Shown: piece after piece, positions 9,574 through 19,157 of the stretch
Layout of the letters: each line of letters begins with the position of its first letter
How positions within the stretch are numbered: position 1 is the first letter of the stretch
The notes under the pieces: generated by a model
Databases searched by the model: none
What the model saw: only the letters and a program-made list of their open reading frames with translations
What the model was told of the DNA's origin: nothing
Made by a program: the position numbers and the translations under genes
NCBI GenBank assembly: GCA_964389095.1
Contig: CAYMEB010000001.1
Location: 31,594 to 95,593, forward strand
Reading direction: 5' to 3'
DNA length: 64,000 nucleotides
DNA from: an uncultured Hyphomicrobiaceae bacterium
Lineage (GTDB): Bacteria > Pseudomonadota > Alphaproteobacteria > Rhizobiales > Hyphomicrobiaceae

Positions 9574-10557
9574 TCAGCCGCGCGCCGCGCGCGATTGATC
9601 CGGCCCATTGAGAGCCGCCCGCCCGGCCCGGTACTCGCGCTCGAGCCGGTCGACCTGCTCGGCCACGGTTTCCACGGCCTTCACCGCGCCGATCCCCTGG
9701 CCCGATCCCCAGATGTCCTTCCAGGCCTTCGCAGGCCGGTTGGAGCCGAAGTTCATCTTCGAGGGATCGCTCTCGGGAAGGTTCTCGGGGTCGAGGCCGG
9801 CGCGGATGATCGACGATTTCAGATAGTTGCCGTGCACACCCGTGAAGAGGTTGGTGTACACGATGCCTTCGGCCGAGTTCGCGACGATATCCTGCTTGTA
9901 GCTTTCGACGGCGTTCGCCTCCTTGGCGGCGATGAACATCGAACCGGCGTAGGCGAAATCGGCGCCCATCGCCTCGGCGGCGAGGATCGAACGGCCGTTG
10001 GCGATCGCGCCCGAGAGCGCGAGTGGACCGTCGTACCATTCACGGATTTCCTGCACGAGCGCGAACGGCGACAGCCGTCCGGCATGTCCGCCGGCACCGG
10101 AGCAGACCGCGACCAATCCCCCGGCCCCCTTCTCGATCGCCTTTCGCGCGAAGGCCACGTTGATGACATCGTGCAGAACCAGGCAACCGACGTCCCGGAA
10201 GGCCTTGTAGACGTCTTCGCGCGCGCCAAGCGATGTGATCGCCAGCGGCACCTTGTGCTTGAGGCAGACCTCGACGTCATGCTCGAGCCGGTCGTTGGAC
10301 TTGTGGACGATCTGGTTCACGGCGAAGGGCGCCGACGGCCGGTCCGGATTTGCGCGATCGTGGGCTGCAAGCTCTTCCTTGATGCGGTGCAGCCATTCGT
10401 CGAGCAGTTCCTTCGGCCGCGCGTTGAGCGCCGGGAAGGCGCCGACGATCCCGGCCTTACACTGGGCAATCACCAGTTCCGGTCCCGACACGATGAACTG
10501 CGGGGCGCCGATGAGTGGCAGGCGGAGTGCCCGTTTCAGGCTCTTGGCGTCGTACAT
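9574..10557 (-). CDS. Nitronate monooxygenase (NMO / 2-nitropropane dioxygenase family)
   Basis: 327 aa from MYDAKSLK. FMN-binding TIM-barrel pattern ...GAPQFIVSGPELV...VCSGAGGHAG...ALSGAIANGR. The upstream part of ORF 9574..10962 is an extension. Confidence 0.88.
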   Translation of the reverse strand: MYDAKSLKRALRLPLIGAPQFIVSGPELVIAQCKAGIVGAFPALNARPKELLDEWLHRIKEELAAHDRANPDRPSAPFAVNQIVHKSNDRLEHDVEVCLKHKVPLAITSLGAREDVYKAFRDVGCLVLHDVINVAFARKAIEKGAGGLVAVCSGAGGHAGRLSPFALVQEIREWYDGPLALSGAIANGRSILAAEAMGADFAYAGSMFIAAKEANAVESYKQDIVANSAEGIVYTNLFTGVHGNYLKSSIIRAGLDPENLPESDPSKMNFGSNRPAKAWKDIWGSGQGIGAVKAVETVAEQVDRLEREYRAGRAALNGPDQSRAARG

Positions 10558-10666
10558 TGCGTCGTTGTCCCGATGTGGTCTTTGCCGAATGCCGCAATCT
10601 AGCGAGGTCGTCCGGTGCCTCGCAACGTCAAAACTGGCGATCGCGGACCAGATGAGACCCGCGGCC

Positions 10667-12691
10667 TCATTCTCTGAGGGCCATTTCGCGGTGCTCTCCC
10701 GCCTTGACGTCGACGACGCTCTCGACGCGACGGTCCCGGGTTTCCGCGCGGATCGTGTAGCGGCCCTCCAGCAGAGTGACGTGCTGGCCGCTCTGCGACG
10801 TGCTCCACACCTGCCGGCCATTCGCGTCGCGGATGTCCCAGTAGGTCTGGGCACTGCTCGCGGCCAGCCTGAGTGTCCCAGCGCGGTGTTCGAAGCGCAC
10901 GATCGCCGTCTGCCCCGCGGTAAGCTCGATCTCTCTGACGGCACGCGCGTTGCCGTTGCCATGCAGCGTCTCCACCCGATAGCGGCCCGCGTTGACGGCG
11001 ATCACCGGATTTCGGGCATGCGCGAGCATCGGTCCTTCGCCGGGGGTGTCGACGCGCTCGACCCTGAAGATGACCGCGTCGGCGGAAGCCGCCCCGGAGC
11101 CGACGAGCTCCGAGACCAGGGTCAGCGTCGCCGGGGCCAGGTCGAGCGTGCGTGCAACACTTTCTCCGGCTACGACGGAGAGGTGTTCGCGCACTTCCAG
11201 GTGTCCCTGGCGGAGCTGCACGGTGTAGGTCCCCGGCGGCAGGTGGAATTGCGGCATGGCAGCGCCGGAGCGTGCGATCTCGCGCCGCCCCTGGGGCGCA
11301 TCGGGGTCGTCTTCGAGGACGGACCAGATCTGTGGCGCGGCGCTCACCGCCGGATACTGGCGTGCCGCCGCCAGCGCGATGCTGCCGGGCAATTGCGGTG
11401 CATCCACGGTGATGATCGCACCCGGCGCGACGTCGATGGTGTGCTCGATGAAGCTGCGGTCCCGCTCGATCCGCAGCAGGTGCCGGCCGGAAGGCACCAC
11501 GGCCTCGCCGCCGTCCAGCCGTCCTATGGCCGTCGGCCGCACTGCCGAACTCGCTTCGCTGGTGGACGCGGGCGGCCGCAGGGTGAGGAGGTAGCCGCCG
11601 TCGTCGCTGCCCGGCGCGAGCCGGGCGAGGCGCACGATGCCGCCGTTCCAAACCAGATCCGCGGGCGTGTGGCCCTTCTCGGCGACTGTGACGGACGTGC
11701 GCGCCTGGGCCAGACCGTCGCGCGCCTCCACGACGTACGTGCCGGCGGCGATGGGAAGCAGAATGTCCTGGCCGGTACCCGCAAACACGACTGCGCCGCC
11801 GTCGCCCTCGGCGCGGCTGATCGTCCAGCGCACCGGGCGGTTGATCGGCTGGCCGTTGGCGGCGAGCAGGAGCGCGAGGCGCATGGCCGGCGGTCCGCTG
11901 GTGGCCAGCGGCTGGCGCCCCGGGGTCTGAGCGGGCTGTGGGCGCTGAGGCTGGGGCGTGGCGACCTGGGGCGGCGTCGCGCGCTTCGGTTCTGCCACCA
12001 GCGGAGCCGGGACCTGGGCATTGCTCGCCAGACGCAGGGCCTCGCCGATCGCCGCCGACACCTGAGTCCCGCTCTGCGCGTCGAAATGGCGCCCGCCGGT
12101 CGATCGGGTCAGGCATTGCAGGCGCTGGGCTTCCTCTCCCTTGAGCCCGAGGCCGACGACGTGAACCGCCACGCCCGGTGAACTCGTCGGCAAATCCGAC
12201 AGCGCACCGCAGGGATCGGGAACGCAATTGTCGGGATCGTCATGCACGAGCACGATCGCCTTCGAGCCCGGCATCGAGGAAAGTGCTCTCGCCGCAGTGC
12301 GCACCGCCAGGGTCAGCGGGCCGCGCCCCCGTGGATTGAGCTTGTCGAGAGGCTGATTGAGCCGATCCGGTGCGCCCTGCTCCGGGGGAACCAGGATCTG
12401 GGCGTCGTTGCAGTCCCCGGACCGTCGATGGCCGAACGAGGCCAAGCCCATCCGCGTGCCGGCAGGGAGTTGCCCGACCGTGGCCTTGACGGCATCCCGT
12501 GACTGAACGAGCTTCGTGAGCTTCTCCCCATCGAGCTTGCCCCACATCGAGCCGGAACCGTCGATGATCACGATCACGTTGGCCGGTGCGGCGTCCTGAG
12601 CATCGGCAGCGACCGTCGCCAGCGCCAATGCGCAGCCGGCACCGCGGAGGGCGTGCAAGAAGCGCAGACGTCGTGAGGTCTTGGGGAACAT
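10667..12691 (-). CDS. Secreted von Willebrand factor type A (VWA) domain protein with C-terminal repeat modules
   Basis: Signal-like N-terminus, then VIVIIDGSGSMWG (MIDAS DxSxS) VWA domain, a Pro/Gln linker and five roughly 80-aa repeats. Start at M20 (12691) or 12748. Confidence 0.8.
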   Translation of the reverse strand: MFPKTSRRLRFLHALRGAGCALALATVAADAQDAAPANVIVIIDGSGSMWGKLDGEKLTKLVQSRDAVKATVGQLPAGTRMGLASFGHRRSGDCNDAQILVPPEQGAPDRLNQPLDKLNPRGRGPLTLAVRTAARALSSMPGSKAIVLVHDDPDNCVPDPCGALSDLPTSSPGVAVHVVGLGLKGEEAQRLQCLTRSTGGRHFDAQSGTQVSAAIGEALRLASNAQVPAPLVAEPKRATPPQVATPQPQRPQPAQTPGRQPLATSGPPAMRLALLLAANGQPINRPVRWTISRAEGDGGAVVFAGTGQDILLPIAAGTYVVEARDGLAQARTSVTVAEKGHTPADLVWNGGIVRLARLAPGSDDGGYLLTLRPPASTSEASSAVRPTAIGRLDGGEAVVPSGRHLLRIERDRSFIEHTIDVAPGAIITVDAPQLPGSIALAAARQYPAVSAAPQIWSVLEDDPDAPQGRREIARSGAAMPQFHLPPGTYTVQLRQGHLEVREHLSVVAGESVARTLDLAPATLTLVSELVGSGAASADAVIFRVERVDTPGEGPMLAHARNPVIAVNAGRYRVETLHGNGNARAVREIELTAGQTAIVRFEHRAGTLRLAASSAQTYWDIRDANGRQVWSTSQSGQHVTLLEGRYTIRAETRDRRVESVVDVKAGEHREMALRE

Positions 12692-12791
12692 GGATCCGTT
12701 GGGAGACGTTGCCGGGTAGACGCGTGGTATTGTAGCCGGAACGGACATGGTTTAGCGAGGCCGCTTCGTGGCCTGCGGAAAGAGTAACCTC

Positions 12792-13367
12792 ATGTCGACT
12801 GATCTCCTCGATCTGCTGCTGCGCCGGCGATCCGTGAAGCCCGCCCTGATGGTGGAGCCCGGCCCGGACGAGAGCCAGTTGCGCGCGATCCTGACCGCAG
12901 CCGCGCGGGTTCCGGACCATAAGAAGCTGGCACCGTGGCGGTTTATCGTTTTCTCGGGCGCGGCCCGTGCCAAATTCGGCGACGTGCTGGCCGCGACCTG
13001 CGCGGCGGAGGAGGCATCCCCCCCGTCCGAGGTTCGTCTCGAGACCGAGCGTGGCCGCTTCCTTCATGCGCCGGTCGTGGTCGGGGTCGTCAGCCGGGTC
13101 ACGCCTGTCACGGGGGCCCCGGAATGGGAGCAGGTGCTCTCGTGCGGCGCCGCCTGCTTCAATCTCTGCCTGGCTGCGAACGCCCTCGGCTTCGCGACCA
13201 ACTGGCTCACCGGCTGGTATTCCTATTCGCCCGGGGTCAGCGCTCATCTGAAGCTTGCGGCCAACGAGCGCATCGCCGGGTTCATCTACATCGGGACCGC
13301 AACAGAGGTGCCCGCCGACCGTGAGCGGCCCGACCTTGCCGCAATCGTAAGCCGCTACGGCGAGTGA
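12792..13367 (+). CDS. Nitroreductase family protein
   Basis: LLRRRSVKP...AAARVPDHKKLAPWRF... is typical of the nitroreductase fold. Start at M9 of ORF 12768..13367. Confidence 0.8.
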   Translation: MSTDLLDLLLRRRSVKPALMVEPGPDESQLRAILTAAARVPDHKKLAPWRFIVFSGAARAKFGDVLAATCAAEEASPPSEVRLETERGRFLHAPVVVGVVSRVTPVTGAPEWEQVLSCGAACFNLCLAANALGFATNWLTGWYSYSPGVSAHLKLAANERIAGFIYIGTATEVPADRERPDLAAIVSRYGE

Positions 13368-13385
13368 GAGAGATCGGATCGCACC

Positions 13386-14051
13386 ATGTTCTACGATGCC
13401 ATCGAGAACCGTCACGGCCTCAAGCACGACCCCTGGAAGTCGCTGATCGTCCCGCGCCCGATCGGCTGGATTTCCACCTGTTCGAAGGATGGTACCGCGA
13501 ACCTCGCGCCCTATTCCTTCTTCAACGCCGTGGCGGACAGACCCCACTACGTGGTCATCGGCTCGGCCGGGGTGAAGGATACTGAGCGCAATATCGAGGA
13601 GCAGGGAGATTTCGTCTGCAACCTCGCCACCTACGATCTGCGCGAGCAGATGAACGCGACCTCGGCGGCGGTGCCGTATGGCGTGGACGAGTTCAAGCTC
13701 GGCAGCCTGACTGCGGTGAAGAGCGAAAAGGTGTCCGCGCCCCGCGTCAAGGAAGCTGCCGCCGCGTTCGAGTGCCGGCATCATCAGACGATCGCTTTGC
13801 CGGGAGCCGGCCGTTACCAGGGCAGCTACAATCTCATCATCGGCGTCGTCGTCGGTATCCACATCGACGATCGCTTCATTCGCGACGGTATCGTCGACAC
13901 GGCCGCCATGCGCCCGATCGCGCGGCTGGGCTACATGGATTATGCGGTGGTTACGCCGGAGACCGTCTTCTCGTTGAATCGTCCGGAGGTCGACGAGAGC
14001 GGCAAGGTGGTTTCACTTTCCCCCAAGGCCTGGGACGGCAAGTATCGCTGA
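13386..14051 (+). CDS. Flavin reductase family protein (FMN-binding split barrel)
   Basis: PRPIGWISTCSKDGTANLAPYSFFNAV signature. 221 aa. Lies 18 nt after the nitroreductase. Confidence 0.85.
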   Translation: MFYDAIENRHGLKHDPWKSLIVPRPIGWISTCSKDGTANLAPYSFFNAVADRPHYVVIGSAGVKDTERNIEEQGDFVCNLATYDLREQMNATSAAVPYGVDEFKLGSLTAVKSEKVSAPRVKEAAAAFECRHHQTIALPGAGRYQGSYNLIIGVVVGIHIDDRFIRDGIVDTAAMRPIARLGYMDYAVVTPETVFSLNRPEVDESGKVVSLSPKAWDGKYR

Positions 14052-14069
14052 CACGCCGCACGCGCCATC

Positions 14070-17015
14070 TCACGCGACCAGCTGCGAAAACATCGAGGCG
14101 ATCTCGGCCTGCGTGGCACGCAGGTCGGCGACGAGGCTTGCGAAATCGGGTGCGTTCCCCGCGCGGGCGAGCAGCAGCTTGAGTCCGTCGGGCGCGCGCT
14201 CCGGCTCGAACGGGCCATCGTAGCACAGACGAAGGATCTGCGTGAGGTTGTGCTGCAGACGGGTCGCCGCGATCAGCCGATCCGCCGTGCCGGCATCGAG
14301 AATGCCGGCCCCGGCGAGCTTCGTGAATGCCCGCTCCGTGTTCTGGTCCAGCACTTCGCCGTGCGCGGCGGCGCTGACGAGCTGGAGATGCTGGGCGATG
14401 AACTCCATGTCGATGAGGCCGCCGCGCACCTGCTTGATGTCCCAGATGTCCTCGGTTCCCTTTTCGGCGGCGATGCGCTCGCGCATCTCGCGCACATCGG
14501 CGGCGATCTTCGCGCGGTCACGCTGGCGGACGAGCGTGTCGCGGATCGCGGCTTCGAGCTTCATGCATAGCATGCCCGCGCCGCAGACAACCCGCGCGCG
14601 GGTCAGCGCCATGTGTTCCCAGGTCCATGCGTCCTTGGTCTGGTATTCGACGAAGCTCGAGAACTGCGTCGCGACGGGACCTTTCTGGCCCGAAGGCCGA
14701 AGCCTCATGTCGACTTCGTAGAGCGAGCCTTCCGACGTCTGCGCGGTGAATGCCGAGATCAGCCGTTGGGTGAGCCGCGCGTAGTACTGGACAGGTGACA
14801 GCGGCTTGGGGCCATCTGACGACTGCGCATCGGCATCGAAGTCGTAGACCAGGATCAGGTCGAGATCCGACGCCGCGGTCATCTCGCGGCCGCCGAGCTT
14901 GCCCATCGCGATCACGGCGGCGGCGCCGCCCGGCACCTTGCCATGGGCTCGCTCCATCTCCGCAGTCACGCGCGCGAACATGGCTGAGATGATGATATCT
15001 GCGAGGGCGGCATAGGCCCCGCCGGCGCGTTCGGCGCTGATCGTGCCCGTGAGCACGCGCACGCCGATCAGGAAGGCTTGCTCGTGGGCCACGACGCGTG
15101 CGCGGTCGAGCGCGCTCTGGAAATCCTCCGCCTGGGCCAATTCCGCGTCGACGATGCCTTGCAGTTCTGACGGGCTCGCCAGTGTCCCGAAAAAGCCAGG
15201 GTCCAGGACGGCATCGAGAACGCGGCGCTGGCGCCCGAGCACGCGGGCGAGCCTCGGTGCCGTTCCCATGATGGCCGCGACCAAATCGAGCAGGCCAGGG
15301 TGCTGTTTCAGCAGCGAGAACAGTTGAACGCCCGAGGGAAGAGCGGAGAGGAAGCGGTCGAAGCCCATGAAGGCCTGGTCGGGATCGCTGGTCTTGGCCA
15401 ATGCGGTAATCAGCAGCGGTTGAACCTCGGTGAGCAGTTCCCGCGCGCGGGGCGTGCGGATCGCTGCATAGCGGCCGTGGTGCCAACCGCGCACGATGGC
15501 GATGACCTTGGAGGGTTCCGCAAACCCCATGTGAGCCAGCGCCTCGAGCGTCGCGGGATCGTCGGCCTCGCCGGCGAACACCATGTTCGCCCCGTCGCTG
15601 GTCAGGGCGGGGCTGGTTTCGAACAGCCGCGCATAGTGCCGCTGAACCGTCTGCAGCGTCAGCGTGAGCGCTCCCGCGAAATCCTCGAACGTCTCATAGC
15701 CGCAGAAGCGAGACAGTCGAAGCAGCGCTGCAGGCTCGTCCGGGAGCGTCTGCGTCTGCTCGTCGGCGATCATCTGCAGGCGGTGCTCGACGATCCGCAG
15801 GACCCGATAGGCAGCCGACAGCTCCGAGGCGACTTCAGGAGCGATCCATTGGCGTTTCGCCAGGCGCTGCAGTGCCGTCAGCGTGTCGGCCACGCGCAGG
15901 TCGGTCTGCCGCCCGCCGGCGATGAGTTGCTGTGTCTGGGCGAAGAACTCGATTTCGCGAATGCCGCCGCGGCCGAGCTTGATGTTGTGTCCGGCCACGG
16001 CGATGGCGCCGAAGCCCTTGGCGGCATGGATCTGCCGCTTCATGGCATGGATATCGGCGATCGCGGCGAAGTCGAGGTACTTGCGCCAGATGAATGGCGC
16101 CAGATCCGAGACCAGAGCCGCGCCGGCCTCGAAGTCGCCTGCGATCGGACGCGCCTTGATCAGGGCCGCTCGCTCCCAGTTCTGGCCGAAGCTTTCGTAG
16201 TACTGAAGCGCGGCATCGGCGGAGATTGCGATCGGCGTCGCGCCGGGATCGGGTCGCAGTCTGAGGTCCGTGCGGAAGACGTAGCCGTCTTCTGTGCGCT
16301 CCTGCATCAGGCGCACGAGTTCGCGGGTCAGCCGCACGAAAAACGTCTGGGGTTCGTGGCGATCGGAGAGCCGGACGCGGGCCATTTCGTAGAAGACGAT
16401 CAGATCGATGTCGGAAGAGTAGTTGAGTTCGAAGGCGCCGTGCTTGCCCATGGCGAGAACGACATAGCCGGAGCGGGTCTCCGGGTCCGGCTGGTCGTCG
16501 AGCCAGTCGCCCCTGCGGACGGCCTCGCGAAACAGGTAGCGCACGGCCGCAGCGGCGGTGGCGTCCGCCGTTTCTGCAAGTACCTTGGTCACGTGCATGA
16601 CCTGCCAGACGCCGCCGAGATCGCAAAGGGCTGCGAGCAAAGCGATATCGGCCTTGTGATGACGCAGCGCGCGCGCGATCTGGGCCGACGTCTGCGCCGC
16701 ATCGCAGGCATCGCGCATACGTGCCGTCAGCGCGGCGACGTGCGCATCGGGCGCGGCGGCCAGCATCTCGATCAAGGCTTGCGGACGGCGGCGGATCAGG
16801 GCCGACAGATAGGGCGACGCGCCCTGAACCCCGTCGAGCAGCGCGCGAACGCGCGTAGATGCAAGTATGCGTTCGGCGGTCTCCCGGTGTGGATCGGGCA
16901 GGTTCTCGACGTTTGCGGCGAGATCCTCGCGTTCGCGCTGCACCTGCTCGCGATCGTAAACGAGCGGGGCGCTCACGATGCGATCGGCCAGGGAAGACCC
17001 GGGTTTGTCGCTCAT
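14070..17015 (-). CDS. glnE: Bifunctional glutamine synthetase adenylyltransferase/adenylyl-removing enzyme
   Basis: 981 aa with two nucleotidyltransferase halves (...GKHGAFELNYSSDIDLIVFY... and ...GKLGGREMTAASDLDLILVY...). Confidence 0.95.
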   Translation of the reverse strand: MSDKPGSSLADRIVSAPLVYDREQVQREREDLAANVENLPDPHRETAERILASTRVRALLDGVQGASPYLSALIRRRPQALIEMLAAAPDAHVAALTARMRDACDAAQTSAQIARALRHHKADIALLAALCDLGGVWQVMHVTKVLAETADATAAAAVRYLFREAVRRGDWLDDQPDPETRSGYVVLAMGKHGAFELNYSSDIDLIVFYEMARVRLSDRHEPQTFFVRLTRELVRLMQERTEDGYVFRTDLRLRPDPGATPIAISADAALQYYESFGQNWERAALIKARPIAGDFEAGAALVSDLAPFIWRKYLDFAAIADIHAMKRQIHAAKGFGAIAVAGHNIKLGRGGIREIEFFAQTQQLIAGGRQTDLRVADTLTALQRLAKRQWIAPEVASELSAAYRVLRIVEHRLQMIADEQTQTLPDEPAALLRLSRFCGYETFEDFAGALTLTLQTVQRHYARLFETSPALTSDGANMVFAGEADDPATLEALAHMGFAEPSKVIAIVRGWHHGRYAAIRTPRARELLTEVQPLLITALAKTSDPDQAFMGFDRFLSALPSGVQLFSLLKQHPGLLDLVAAIMGTAPRLARVLGRQRRVLDAVLDPGFFGTLASPSELQGIVDAELAQAEDFQSALDRARVVAHEQAFLIGVRVLTGTISAERAGGAYAALADIIISAMFARVTAEMERAHGKVPGGAAAVIAMGKLGGREMTAASDLDLILVYDFDADAQSSDGPKPLSPVQYYARLTQRLISAFTAQTSEGSLYEVDMRLRPSGQKGPVATQFSSFVEYQTKDAWTWEHMALTRARVVCGAGMLCMKLEAAIRDTLVRQRDRAKIAADVREMRERIAAEKGTEDIWDIKQVRGGLIDMEFIAQHLQLVSAAAHGEVLDQNTERAFTKLAGAGILDAGTADRLIAATRLQHNLTQILRLCYDGPFEPERAPDGLKLLLARAGNAPDFASLVADLRATQAEIASMFSQLVA

Positions 17016-18403
17016 GTCGCGATCGTGCCTTCTGTCGCGGGGGGCATGGCGAGGATCACCATAAGCCCGGGCTCGTTGGACGCGAGTCTGATCGTGCCTC
17101 CGTGAAGTCTCATGACGGCGGCGACGAGGGAAAGCCCCAGGCCGGTTCCGGGCTGTGTCCGGCTCTTGTCCAGGCGTACGAAGCGCTCGAGCGCGCGGTC
17201 ACGATCCTGTGGTGCGATTCCCGGTCCGCGATCGCCGATACGGATCTCCACGCGATCGCTCGACCGCGCGAGCGTGACCCTCACGGCGCCGATGGGGCCT
17301 GCCTCGGTGCTGTCGCGTGCGGAATACTTGATCGCGTTGTCGAGAAGATTGAAAACCGCCTGGCCCAGCAGTTCACGGTTCGCACGGACCATGCAGCCCT
17401 CGGCGATGTCGGCTTCGATCGAGAGGCCCGCTTCCTCCGCCACCGGCTGATACAGCTCTATGGCGTCGTGCAGGATGGTGGCCGGATCGACGGACTGCAA
17501 CGTCTCTGAGACGGCGCCTGATTCAACCCGCGCGATCAGCAGCAATGCATTGAATGTCTTGATCAGCGCGTCCGCTTCCTCGAGCGTCTTCTCCAGGCTT
17601 TCGCGGCGCTCCTGCGTGCTCGCGCTCTCGCGCAAAGCCGCCTCGGCGCGATTGCGCAAACGCGTCAGAGGTGTGCGCAGGTCGTGGGCGATGTTGTCGG
17701 CCATTTCGGTCAGCGAGCGCAGCAACTGCTCAATGCGCGCAAGCATCGCATTGAGGCTTTCCGCCAGGCGGTCGAGCTCGTCGCCGGTCCCGCTGGTGGT
17801 GATGCGCTCGGAGAGCTTGCCGGCCATGATTCTCCGGCTGGTCGCGGCCATGGCATCCAGCCGGGTAACGTACCAGCGGCGCGCGATCATTCCTCCTGCG
17901 ATGGCGAGGAGGGCCATGGCGGCGGTCCCGGCGAGGGCCGTGGCGCGAATGGTTTCGGCGAGGCGCCGTTGGTCGTCGATGTCGCGGGCGACCATAAGCT
18001 GGGCGCCGTCGATGATCGTGATCGTGACGCCGAGCCCGAGGATGTCGCGCCCGCCGGGTGATGTCCGGTAGCGGAACAGGCCCGACGTCTGCCCCGAAGG
18101 AATGGGCCAGCTCTCGAGATTTCCGGCCAACGAGCGTCCCTGACCGTCGCGCAGGCCATAGATTCCGAAGGTGTCCCGTCTGCTGCGCTCTGCAACCGCC
18201 GCCGCGAGGAGGCCGAGTCCGCCGGCGTCGAACACCCGGCGCAGCTCCACCAGTTCGTCCTCGAGCGAGGCGATCGTACGCGCCGTCAGTACGCGGTTCG
18301 CCTGCCAGCCGATCACGAACGAGATCGCGAGCGCCGCCAGGGCGAAGACGGCGCTCGCCGACAGGACAAGTCGCAGCGGCAGGGAGCGGAGGGCCTCAGG
18401 CAC
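17012..18403 (-). CDS. Sensor histidine kinase (TM-periplasmic-HAMP-HisKA-HATPase)
   Basis: H-box IAHDLRTPLT, N/G boxes (LLDNAIKY, DRGPGI, GTGLGLSLV). 4-nt overlap with glnE and 8-nt overlap with the upstream RR. Confidence 0.9.
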   Translation of the reverse strand: MPEALRSLPLRLVLSASAVFALAALAISFVIGWQANRVLTARTIASLEDELVELRRVFDAGGLGLLAAAVAERSRRDTFGIYGLRDGQGRSLAGNLESWPIPSGQTSGLFRYRTSPGGRDILGLGVTITIIDGAQLMVARDIDDQRRLAETIRATALAGTAAMALLAIAGGMIARRWYVTRLDAMAATSRRIMAGKLSERITTSGTGDELDRLAESLNAMLARIEQLLRSLTEMADNIAHDLRTPLTRLRNRAEAALRESASTQERRESLEKTLEEADALIKTFNALLLIARVESGAVSETLQSVDPATILHDAIELYQPVAEEAGLSIEADIAEGCMVRANRELLGQAVFNLLDNAIKYSARDSTEAGPIGAVRVTLARSSDRVEIRIGDRGPGIAPQDRDRALERFVRLDKSRTQPGTGLGLSLVAAVMRLHGGTIRLASNEPGLMVILAMPPATEGTIAT

Positions 18404-19076
18404 CGGCGGCTCGGATCATGTAGCCGGCGCCGCGCACCGTCTGGAGCATCGGCTCGCCGAAGCTCTTGTCGATCTTCGCACGCAGGCGCGAGATATGAAC
18501 GTCGATGACGTTGGTCTGCGGGTCGAAATGGTAGTCCCAGACGTTCTCGAGCAACATGGTGCGGGTGACCACCTGCCCGGCATTGCGCATCAGATACTCG
18601 AGCAGCCGGAACTCGCGCGGTTGCAGTGCGATCGCTTCGCCGCCGCGTGTCACCTTGTGCGAAAGGCGATCCAGGACCAGATCGCCGACCACATAGCGGG
18701 TGGCTTGCTCCTCCGGCGCGAGGCGGCGGGTGAGCGCTTCGATGCGGGCCAGAAGCTCGCTGTAGGCGTAGGGTTTGACGAGGTAGTCATCGCCTCCGGC
18801 CTTGAGACCCTTGACCCGGTCGTCGACGGCGCCGAGCGCAGACAGGATCATGACGGGCGTGCGGTTCCCCGAGGCGCGCAGGGACTCGATCACCGTCAGG
18901 CCGTCGAGCCGCGGCAGCATGCGGTCAACGACGAGGACGTCATAGGTGCCGTCGCGAGCCATCGCCAATCCGCTCTCGCCGTCGTGGGCCGCATCCGCGA
19001 CATGGCCGCTCTCGCGCAGGGAGCGCTGCAGGAAATTTGCAGTATCTGCGTCGTCCTCGATCACAAGGATGCGCAT
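18396..19076 (-). CDS. OmpR-family response regulator
   Basis: MRILVIEDD...VVDRMLPRLDG...YLVKPY receiver plus winged-helix output (LQPREFRLLEYL...VRGAGY). Confidence 0.92.
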   Translation of the reverse strand: MRILVIEDDADTANFLQRSLRESGHVADAAHDGESGLAMARDGTYDVLVVDRMLPRLDGLTVIESLRASGNRTPVMILSALGAVDDRVKGLKAGGDDYLVKPYAYSELLARIEALTRRLAPEEQATRYVVGDLVLDRLSHKVTRGGEAIALQPREFRLLEYLMRNAGQVVTRTMLLENVWDYHFDPQTNVIDVHISRLRAKIDKSFGEPMLQTVRGAGYMIRAAGA

Positions 19077-19157
19077 GGCACCGATCCGTTCGGCTGCGAA
19101 GGGGACCGGCGGTATTCCGCCGGTCCCCGACCATTGACAGTGCTGCGAGGCGAGCGC

